A stretch of 64,000 bases of DNA from Minisyncoccota bacterium (GTDB taxonomy: Bacteria > Patescibacteriota > Minisyncoccia > Phycocordibacterales > UBA9973): contig JBAZKU010000001.1 of NCBI GenBank assembly GCA_041650615.1, forward strand, positions 524,854-588,853, written 5' to 3'. A program made the translations under genes and the position numbers. Shown here in pieces: positions 38,242-45,794 of this stretch. The notes below the pieces were generated by a model. The model was given only the letters and a program-made list of their open reading frames with translations, did not search any database and was not told the DNA's origin. Within the stretch, counting starts at the first letter, position 1, and each line of letters begins with the position of its first letter.

Positions 38242-39319
38242 ATGCTTCTTCCGAAAACTTTTTTCGAATCTCTTTCAATATCTGTTCGGATATTTTTTTA
38301 TTTTCTTTTAAGAAGGTGCGAGTAGAATCATAACCCACTCCCAATTTTACTTTTTCCCCGCCTCGCGTCGGCGAGCTTTCGCGAGTCGAGGCGGGCTTTG
38401 CTTCCCCGCTAGGTAGGTAGAAATACGAGTTTCCGGTTTTTTCTACAATTTTAAATTTCTCACCCAAAGCGATAATCTCGCCTTCTTTGGAAATTCCCTC
38501 GTTGTAAATAATATCAAATTCTGTTTGCTTAAACGGCGCAGCCACTTTATTTTTTACTACTTTGACGCGAGTGCGACTCCCGACGATATCTTCTCCCTTT
38601 TTAATTTGGGCGATTTTTCTGATATCCAGTCGGACAGAAGTGTAAAATTTCAAAGCTTTTCCTCCGGGAGTAGTTTCGGGATTGCCGAACATAACTCCGA
38701 TTTGCATTCTGATTTGATTTATGAAAATAACCGCTGTCTTGCTTTTGGCCACAATGGCGGTAAGCTTGCGAAGCGCTTGAGACATCAATCTCGCTTGTTT
38801 TCCTACATGATATGCTCCCATGTCTCCCTCTATTTCGTCTTTAGGCGTAAGAGCGGCTACAGAATCAACCACAATTACATCAATTTTTCCTGTTCGCACC
38901 AAACTTTCAACGATTTCAAGCGCCTGTTCGCCGGTATCTGGTTGAGAAATAAGGAGATTGTCAATATTCACTCCAAGCTTTTTTGTATAATCCGGATCCA
39001 TGGCGTGTTCGGCATCTATATAAGCGCAGACCCCTCCAAGTTTTTGCGCTTCAGCCACTATGTGCAAAGAAAGGGTCGTTTTGCCCGAAGACTCAGGTCC
39101 GAATATTTCAACGATTCTTCCGCGCGGTATCCCGCCAACGCCCAAAGCCATATCAAGTCCTATAGACCCTGTCGGTATCGTATTAATGTCCACCTTTGGC
39201 GAGTCGCCGAATTTCATTATTGATCCTTCTCCAAACTTTGCCTGAATTGCCTTTACAGCATCATCCAGCATTGATACCCCTACAGTTTTATCCTCTTTTT
39301 TCTCTTTTTTCTTTACCAT
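38240..39319 (-). CDS. recA: Recombinase RecA
   Basis: [62 protein letters not shown]. Confidence 0.98.
   Translation of the reverse strand: MVKKKEKKEDKTVGVSMLDDAVKAIQAKFGEGSIMKFGDSPKVDINTIPTGSIGLDMALGVGGIPRGRIVEIFGPESSGKTTLSLHIVAEAQKLGGVCAYIDAEHAMDPDYTKKLGVNIDNLLISQPDTGEQALEIVESLVRTGKIDVIVVDSVAALTPKDEIEGDMGAYHVGKQARLMSQALRKLTAIVAKSKTAVIFINQIRMQIGVMFGNPETTPGGKALKFYTSVRLDIRKIAQIKKGEDIVGSRTRVKVVKNKVAAPFKQTEFDIIYNEGISKEGEIIALGEKFKIVEKTGNSYFYLPSGEAKPASTRESSPTRGGEKVKLGVGYDSTRTFLKENKKISEQILKEIRKKFSEEA
38357..38395. repeat. GC-rich in-frame palindromic insert in the recA C-terminal domain
   Basis: Perfect 9-bp arms cccgcctcg / cgaggcggg; encodes [13 protein letters not shown] between SYFY and EKVKLG. 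Confidence 0.8.
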
Positions 39320-39666
39320 AATTGATATATTAATTGATAATTTTTTTCATCGCTATTCCCAAATTCATCTTTCGCTTTTATATTGATTATATTATAACCC
39401 GAAAGCAAAGCAATTGTCTCATTGAAATTTCCTTTTTGGTCTATTGAAATTACGCGTCCATTTAAAGTTAAATCAACGGCATTTCTGGCATTTCCTGTTA
39501 TTTTTACAATATTATCCGCAACTTTTGTTCCGTCTATTATATTTACCTCTTTTATTTTTACGCCAAAAATCAAATCTTTGGATATAAAAAAAGCATAGAT
39601 AGCAATAAAAAGCAGAAAAGTGGAAAAAGAAACTATTTTAAATATTTTTTTTGCATTAATATCCAT
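39313..39666 (-). CDS. Small membrane-anchored Ig-like protein
   Basis: N-terminal TM; ITG.A.NA..LTLNG...G.F...I.L..GYN.I.I.A.D.FG pattern. Confidence 0.7.
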   Translation of the reverse strand: MDINAKKIFKIVSFSTFLLFIAIYAFFISKDLIFGVKIKEVNIIDGTKVADNIVKITGNARNAVDLTLNGRVISIDQKGNFNETIALLSGYNIINIKAKDEFGNSDEKNYQLIYQLW

Positions 39667-41879
39667 TACATTACATTTTCTCCATTTTCGTTGCGAGTGA
39701 TTTTCTCCAATACTTCCCGAGGCTTTGCGCCATCGCCTGCGCTTATTACTCCGCGTTCTTCCAATTTATCCATCAGCCGTGCAGCCCGAGCATAACCCAA
39801 TTTTAATTTCCTTTGAAGATATGAAGTTGAAGCTTTGCCGGCTTCCACTACGCACAATCTTGCCTCCTCATACATTTCATCGTCATTTTCTTCGTCTTCG
39901 TCCAAAGTGCTCTCAAAAATACTTTTATCTGCCGATACGGAACCTGTGGTTAGTGATATTTCATCCGACACTTCGTCTTTATATTCATCTATCAAGTATT
40001 TTACAACTTTTTTAACTTCGGATTCCGATATAAATGCACTTTGCAAACGTTCCGGCTGAGCATCCCCGGAGGAATACAGCATATCTCCAGCGCCCAAAAG
40101 TTTTTCCGCCCCACCAGTATCCAATATGGTGCGCGAATCCACTTGAGAAGAAACCTTCAAAGCAATACGGGCCGGAATATTAGCTTTTATTAAGCCGGTA
40201 ATAATATTTACTTCCGGACGTTGAGTAGACAAGATTAAATGTATGCCGACAGCTCTGGACATTTGTGCTAAGCGAACTATAGCAGATTCTAGTTCTCTCG
40301 GATAAGCGGACATAATATCTGCCAATTCATCTATGATAATAATTATGTATGGTAAACGGTCGGCATCAACTTCTGTCTCAATCCCTTCGCTATTCGTCTT
40401 AGTTTTCTTTGGATTTTTGCCAAATACGTTAGCGTGATAAGATTCTATGTCCCGTACAGATTCCGTTTCCAGTATGTCATAACGACGATCCATTTCTTTA
40501 GCTGCCCATTTAAGAGCTAAAATTGTCTTTTTGGCATCAGTTATAACAGGAGTAAGTAAATGGGGAATATTATTGTAAAGAGTAAGCTCTACGCGTTTTG
40601 GATCAATTAATATAAGTTTTAAATCATCTGGACCATTTCTATATAAAAGGGAAGTAATCATAGAATGTATTGTCACTGATTTTCCGGAGCCGGTCGTTCC
40701 TGCTACCAAGCAATGTGGCATCTTCGCCAAATTGCCGAATAATGCTTTGCCTGAAATTTCTCGGCCGAGCGCCATAGTGAGAGGTTTTGAAGAATTTTGG
40801 AATTTACTATCCGAAAGAAGCGTGGCCAATCCCACTATTGATTTTGATTTATTTGGAATTTCAATGCCAACGAGAGATTTGCCCGGGATTGGAGCTTCTA
40901 TTCTAATCGGATGCGCTGCCAGGGAAAGAGCCAGGTCATTTTGAAGTCCGACGATGCGTGAAAGTTTTACTCCTTCGGCTGGTTTCAATGCATAACGTGT
41001 TACCGTCGGTCCGACAGTAATTTCATCCATCTCTACTTCAATACCGAAATTTGCCAGAGTACGTTTGATAATATTTGCATTGGCTTTAATATCTCCCGTA
41101 TTCGGTTTGCCTTGATCTTCTTCCAAAAGTGAAAGCGGGGGAGGGACATAGGTGGAAATTAATCCGCCCTTTCTTTTTTTAATTGGGATATCTTCCTCTT
41201 CCTCTTCTTCTTCCTTATTTTTTTTATTTAGACCGAGAGACCCTAGAGCCTTTTTAACTTTTTCCTTCGTGTTTTCCTCCTTTTCTTCGGGCATAGATTT
41301 TTCCACTTCCCTTATTTCATTTTCATTCAAAGTATCCTGGGTATTATCAAGGGTTTTCTTTCTTCTGATAATGTTCCAAATATTTTTAAAAAATGGAGCG
41401 AGATTTGGTTTTGCATCAAACATTACAAGAATAGAAATTATTAAAATCGCGCCGAGAAAAATTAAACTTGCATAAACATCAAAAAGATACACCAGTGGTG
41501 TTGATAAAATTCTTCCTAAAAATCCGCCGGTGTGTTCTTGTGAAATTGCATCTATCATCCCGAGACCGGAAAGCAAAAACATTGTTGCGCTTATTGCGCG
41601 CGTCCATCCGATGTTCGGAGTTTCTGATTTTATAAATGATGATCCGAGCAATATAAAAAGAAGAGGAAGAAGAATATATCCGACGCCAAAAAAATAATTC
41701 AAAAACTCATAAGTATTTCTTCCTGCCACTCCTCCCATGTCAAACATAGACATGGACATCAAAAGAAACAAAGCTAACACAAAAAAAAGAATTGCCCAAA
41801 TGGTATGCTTGGTTTCAGTTTTTAACCTGTTTATAGAAGAGTTGTTTTTGGAAAACTTTTGCCTGTCTTTCTTTGCCAT
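39666..41879 (-). CDS. ftsK: DNA translocase FtsK/SpoIIIE
   Basis: N-terminal TMs; IRIEAPIPGK, PHCLVAGTTGSGKS, IDPKRVEL, DELAD, STQRP, GAEKLLGAGDML, STSYLQRKLKLGY.RAAR; start at ATG 41879, 8 nt after TGCTAAAAT. Confidence 0.96.
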   Translation of the reverse strand: MAKKDRQKFSKNNSSINRLKTETKHTIWAILFFVLALFLLMSMSMFDMGGVAGRNTYEFLNYFFGVGYILLPLLFILLGSSFIKSETPNIGWTRAISATMFLLSGLGMIDAISQEHTGGFLGRILSTPLVYLFDVYASLIFLGAILIISILVMFDAKPNLAPFFKNIWNIIRRKKTLDNTQDTLNENEIREVEKSMPEEKEENTKEKVKKALGSLGLNKKNKEEEEEEEDIPIKKRKGGLISTYVPPPLSLLEEDQGKPNTGDIKANANIIKRTLANFGIEVEMDEITVGPTVTRYALKPAEGVKLSRIVGLQNDLALSLAAHPIRIEAPIPGKSLVGIEIPNKSKSIVGLATLLSDSKFQNSSKPLTMALGREISGKALFGNLAKMPHCLVAGTTGSGKSVTIHSMITSLLYRNGPDDLKLILIDPKRVELTLYNNIPHLLTPVITDAKKTILALKWAAKEMDRRYDILETESVRDIESYHANVFGKNPKKTKTNSEGIETEVDADRLPYIIIIIDELADIMSAYPRELESAIVRLAQMSRAVGIHLILSTQRPEVNIITGLIKANIPARIALKVSSQVDSRTILDTGGAEKLLGAGDMLYSSGDAQPERLQSAFISESEVKKVVKYLIDEYKDEVSDEISLTTGSVSADKSIFESTLDEDEENDDEMYEEARLCVVEAGKASTSYLQRKLKLGYARAARLMDKLEERGVISAGDGAKPREVLEKITRNENGENVM

Positions 41880-41908
41880 ATGCAAGTATTTTAGCATAAA
41901 TTACTCAT

Positions 41909-42020
41909 ATCAAAAAGCAGATTAGTATTTTATACTGCACGGATATTTTCTTACTAAAAAATTCCTCGTGCTCGCGCTGTCGCGCTCCCAAGGCAGTCTA
42001 AAACACTTCTGCTTTTTGAT
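41909..42020 (-). repeat. 112-bp structured element with 13-bp perfect terminal inverted repeats
   Basis: atcaaaaagcaga / tctgctttttgat; minus-strand core gcgc-gaca-gcgc-gagca...aatttttt-agta-agaaaat. Confidence 0.7.
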
Positions 42021-42023
42021 TTT

Positions 42024-42138
42024 AGAAAAGTGGGCAAGAGTTTTTAGCAAGACTTGCGCAGGCCGACTGGGCCGAGCATAGCAAATTTTCAGCAGAAAAT
42101 TATGGGTGTCTTGATAAAAATTGCTTACCTACTTTTCT
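42024..42138 (+). repeat. 115-bp structured element with ~30-bp imperfect inverted arms
   Basis: agaaaagtgggcaagagtttttagcaagac / gtcttgataaaaattgcttacctacttttct; core ggcc-gactg-ggcc-gagca...aattttc-agca-gaaaatt. Confidence 0.7.
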
Positions 42139-42175
42139 CTTTTTAAGACTTGCTTTTTTTCTTGTCCTATATATA

Positions 42176-43042
42176 ATGGACAACATGTTAGGAGAGGATA
42201 ACAACCTAAAAGACACCTCAAAAGACTCTATAAAAGACCCTGAACAAAAGTCCTTGAGTTCGTACGGGGCAGGCACTCTAAATGTGGCAAATGTTTTACC
42301 CTATAATAAAATAAGTAAACTCATTACTGCTCTGTACATGGTAACGGACACGATGGAAAAAGAAGAACCAATACGTCTAAAGTTAAGGACACTTGGAGTG
42401 GAAATTATATCAGACATAAATTCTTTACCAAAAGGGACATTTGGTAACCTTAATGAAAAAATTACCACAATTCTGTCCTTTTTAAATATTGCTTTTGATA
42501 TTGGAATGATATCAGAAATGAATTGCAATATTTTAAAGAAAGAGTTTACGGAGTTGAAACGATCTATACAAGAGTTTACAACCCAAAACCATCTTTGGTT
42601 TGAAGAATTCATTCTTCATTCCTCCGAGAACGAAAGTCCAACTTTTAACAAACAAACGAAGATTCAACCCCCAATAAATAATATGTCTGTTAATAAAAGA
42701 CAAAGTACTAGAATTGGTGTTCAAAAGGGAGGTACTTTGTTAAAAGCTTTGTCTAATAGAGTTTCCATTATGTCTGATAAAAATAATCCCGTCTCATATG
42801 CTCCACCGGGACGAAATCATTTGGGATTTGAATTATTAAAACAACAAAGAAGAGAATCTATTTTAAAAATCATAAAAAATAAACCCGAAGGAATAAGTAT
42901 AAAGGACATTGTGTCTGCTATCCGTAATTTTGGCGAAGAGATAGGAGAAAAAACTTTACAAAGAGAACTTGTTTCCATGGTAAAGGACAATGTCCTTAAA
43001 AAGACTGGGGAGAAGAGATGGAGTCAGTATTTCATAAATTAG
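42176..43042 (+). CDS. Hypothetical protein: helical-bundle N-domain plus C-terminal winged HTH (putative DNA-binding)
   Basis: KLITALYMVTD...EPIR helical domain; C-terminal RRESILKII...SIKDI.....GEKTLQREL..MV...VLKKTGEKRWSQY. Confidence 0.7.
   Translation: MDNMLGEDNNLKDTSKDSIKDPEQKSLSSYGAGTLNVANVLPYNKISKLITALYMVTDTMEKEEPIRLKLRTLGVEIISDINSLPKGTFGNLNEKITTILSFLNIAFDIGMISEMNCNILKKEFTELKRSIQEFTTQNHLWFEEFILHSSENESPTFNKQTKIQPPINNMSVNKRQSTRIGVQKGGTLLKALSNRVSIMSDKNNPVSYAPPGRNHLGFELLKQQRRESILKIIKNKPEGISIKDIVSAIRNFGEEIGEKTLQRELVSMVKDNVLKKTGEKRWSQYFIN
42236..42273 (+). repeat. 38-bp in-frame insert (family B)
   Basis: gaccctgaacaaaagtccttgagttcgtacggggcagg (DPEQKSLSSYGAG); same length, termini and frame as the glyQS copy. 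Confidence 0.7.
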
Positions 43043-43171
43043 GTTCTAGTGGCTAGATTCTAGCTTCTAACCCATTGCTTCCTATCAAAAATTATGTAAT
43101 AATAGGCTTATGGGTTACCTCTTAATTTTGCTTTCCAGAACCTAGCTAATAGGGCCTAGAACCCAATTTTT

Positions 43172-43316
43172 GAGTTATCTCCCACACTTACTTTACTGTT
43201 ATTCTGCTTTTTCAAAACATGTGTAAATTAGCTTTATTTTTAGCCCTTGAATTGTATTCTCATCAATACTCCTTGGCAGAATAAAAAGCTACAGTAAAGT
43301 AAGTGTGGGAGTTATC
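43172..43316. mobile_element. MITE-like element (family C) with 21-bp perfect TIRs and 8-bp direct repeats, abutting a DnaA-box sequence
   Basis: ctcccacacttactttactgt (43179-99) / acagtaaagtaagtgtgggag (43291-311); gagttatc at 43172 and 43309; TTATCCACA at 43312-20. Confidence 0.7.
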
Positions 43317-43327
43317 CACATAATATA

Positions 43328-43357
43328 TTGCCCTATCTAAAGGTTATATATTATAAT
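43328..43357 (+). promoter_or_regulatory. Sigma70-type promoter for the S-layer-like gene
   Basis: TTGCCC (43328-33), 18-nt spacer, TATAAT (43352-57). Confidence 0.55.
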
Positions 43358-43363
43358 GTTTGG

Positions 43364-43736
43364 GTGTTTACGGATCACGCATCTTATGTGTGTTCTGTAT
43401 TCGCAAATTGTATTTGTTTTCGTTCACGATTTCGTCGAAAAAATCTTGAAAGAGAACAAGCCCGACAAAGGTCAAAAATTTGTTCGGGTAAATCCATACA
43501 CTTAAAGGTAAGTGTGCGGATAAATGAAAGGTCATTGAAAACTAAATAATCCCGTTAAAAATTTTTTCAAAAATTTTGGCTCGGGATGTTTTCAGTGCAT
43601 TAGTTTAAATCTGTTCATTATTAAATTTATTTGTCGCATTATTAAATTTATAAGTTATAGGCAAATAAAAAAAATAATGATAGAAAAAATACGCTTTTAG
43701 TTTTGTCGAAACTAATTAATGGCGTAAAAAAAAATT
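43364..43736 (+). promoter_or_regulatory. Long structured 5' leader (~370 nt) with a boxA-like motif
   Basis: Consecutive hairpins at 43369-99, 43414-59, 43460-89, 43492-521 and 43533-97; ggtcattgaaaactaaata at 43530-48. Confidence 0.5.
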
Positions 43737-45689
43737 ATGAGTAAATTATTAAAATCAAAAATTCTTCTTGCCCTTATGGTTGTTGCAGTAGTAGCAATAG
43801 TAGGAGTTTCTTCTACTCTCGCTTATACACATACAATAACCTTAAGACAAGGTTCATCCGGTGCTCAGGTTGCTTCACTTCAATCAGCGCTAGGGGTTAC
43901 TGCAGATGGCCAATTTGGTCCAATAACTAAAGCAGCTGTAGTATCTTTCCAGTCAGCTCACGGTCTCGTAGCCGATGGAGTTGTAGGTGCTATGACTGGC
44001 GCAGCATTGTCAGGCACAGTTAGTGGTTCTTACCCAGCAGGTTGTACTTCAACCGCAGGATATAGTTCAACAACTGGTCTTCCATGCAACAGCACTTCAT
44101 CTTTACCAGCAGGTTGTACTTCAACAGTAGGATACAGTCCAACAACTGGCGTAGCATGTTCAACAGTAGTTACAGGTCTTCCAGCAGGTTGTACTTCAAC
44201 CGCAGGATATAGTCCAACAACTGGTGAATCATGTTCAGGAACAACAACGGTTGTAAACGCAAGCGGTGAAGGTTCAATCACAGTAACTTATGATGCTGTT
44301 CCAGCAGATAACTTAGCTATTTACAGAGGGGAAAATAAGGCAGCCATGGCCTTGAAGATCAAGGCTACGGGTTCTGACATGAAAGTTACTCGTCTTTGGT
44401 TAGACATTAACACACGCATTTGGTTGTCCGCAGACTCTGTGTCCCTATTAGATGGGTCAACGGTTATCGCAACCCTTCCGCTTTCAGCTTCAACAGTTGA
44501 AGAAGTTACGGTAGGTTCTGCTTGGAGACTTCAATTCAACAGTTTGAATTTTGTGGTTCCGGTTGGAACGACAAAAGTGTTAACAGTAAATGTTAGCCGT
44601 CCAACAGCTACAGCAGCTGACTCAAGTGTTACTATTGCTACTACCAGTACCGTAAGAGCAGTTGACGCAGCCGGTATTTCAGACACATACACTCTTACAG
44701 GTCGTACTTGGAATATGGCATCCGCAGCCGCTGCTGTTGGTACATTAACAAATACTTTAAATGCCAATTCTCCAGTAGCTCAATCAGTTTCTGGTCTTAG
44801 CACTACAGCTGGTACCTTGACTGACGTTAAGTTAATGGATTTTGACCTTAAAGCAACAACCGGAGCAGTAAATGTTACAGCTATTGCTGGTACTATCACT
44901 ACTTCCGGCTCATGTACAGCAGCGCAATGTATTTCTTCCCTTGAACTTCGCGATGGAGCAACAGTTCTTGATTCCGTAACCGGGGCTGGCACATTTAGCT
45001 TCACTGAACAAGATATTGATGTTCCTAAAGATGGAACAAAGACATTGTCTATTTGGGCTAAAGTAAACCATATTGCTGCTAGTTATGTAGTAGCGGGCGA
45101 TTCAATTTATGCAATTGTAAACAGTGTTACAGGCACAAGCGGTCCTTCATATACTGCTGCTAATAACACAATTGCAGTTACAGGATATGCACAACACCTA
45201 TTCCGATATGCTCCTACCATCGCATTTGTATCAGCTACAGCAACTCCAGAGGATCAGAGTACTTCTACCACTCTTAATACGGGAGGTAACTATACTCTTG
45301 CCTTCTCTGTTACTGCTCCTTCTGGTAGCGATATCTTTGTTAATACCCCTGCATTCATTGTTGGTCAAGCTAATGTTCCTACAAAAACTACATTCGGTGT
45401 AGGAGGAACTATTGTGGTATCAACAGCTGTATCAGGAGCAACATTAAAGGGCGCTGGCAATACTGCTACCTGGGATAAAATTCCTGCAGGCCAGTCTAGG
45501 ACATTTACCCTTTCAGCACACATTCCACATGGTGGAAATGCTGGTTATGTTGGTATAAAGATAAATACTGCCGCTACTGCCGGTATTGCTTGGTCTTCAG
45601 ATGTAGATGAAGATGGTTCTACGGATATCCTACAGGTTTGGGGTGTTGATGACCTCAAGACTGGTTTGGTATACGTAACAGCAAACTAG
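43737..45689 (+). CDS. Peptidoglycan-binding-domain surface (S-layer-like) protein
   Basis: Signal peptide; PG_binding_1 motif LRQGSSG.QV..LQ..L....DG.FGP.TK.AV..FQ..HGL.ADG.VG; Cys repeats; T/A/V-rich beta domains. Confidence 0.82.
   Translation: MSKLLKSKILLALMVVAVVAIVGVSSTLAYTHTITLRQGSSGAQVASLQSALGVTADGQFGPITKAAVVSFQSAHGLVADGVVGAMTGAALSGTVSGSYPAGCTSTAGYSSTTGLPCNSTSSLPAGCTSTVGYSPTTGVACSTVVTGLPAGCTSTAGYSPTTGESCSGTTTVVNASGEGSITVTYDAVPADNLAIYRGENKAAMALKIKATGSDMKVTRLWLDINTRIWLSADSVSLLDGSTVIATLPLSASTVEEVTVGSAWRLQFNSLNFVVPVGTTKVLTVNVSRPTATAADSSVTIATTSTVRAVDAAGISDTYTLTGRTWNMASAAAAVGTLTNTLNANSPVAQSVSGLSTTAGTLTDVKLMDFDLKATTGAVNVTAIAGTITTSGSCTAAQCISSLELRDGATVLDSVTGAGTFSFTEQDIDVPKDGTKTLSIWAKVNHIAASYVVAGDSIYAIVNSVTGTSGPSYTAANNTIAVTGYAQHLFRYAPTIAFVSATATPEDQSTSTTLNTGGNYTLAFSVTAPSGSDIFVNTPAFIVGQANVPTKTTFGVGGTIVVSTAVSGATLKGAGNTATWDKIPAGQSRTFTLSAHIPHGGNAGYVGIKINTAATAGIAWSSDVDEDGSTDILQVWGVDDLKTGLVYVTAN
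44034..44235 (+). repeat. Three tandem PAGCTST(A/V)GYS(S/P)TTG..C repeats
   Basis: ccagcaggttgtacttcaac at 44034, 44106 and 44181. Confidence 0.85.
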
Positions 45690-45732
45690 TTAGAAATAAC
45701 GATAACTTTGGTTTATACGCCTTAAAATGTAT

Positions 45733-45768
45733 AACAAAAAACCACCCCGACGGGGGTGGTTTTTTGTT
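45733..45768 (+). terminator. Intrinsic terminator after the S-layer-like gene
   Basis: aacaaaaaaccacccc-gacg-ggggtggttttttgtt. Confidence 0.85.
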
Positions 45769-45794
45769 TTGCTTTCATCGTGTATAATAAATAT

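Noticed and set aside
38525-39223. 232-aa plus-strand ORF and other short shadow ORFs
   Set aside because: They are antisense or alternate-frame to well-supported genes such as recA, with no motifs.
43312-43320. Replication origin suggested by a perfect DnaA box
   Set aside because: Only one box was seen, with no cluster and no dnaA/dnaN in the window.
43328-43549. 73-aa ORF with a TTG start
   Set aside because: It starts on the -35 hexamer and spans the hairpin-rich leader; no protein-like features.
44034-44235. CRISPR-like array
   Set aside because: The repeats are in-frame protein repeats with 72/75-bp periods, and there are no cas genes.
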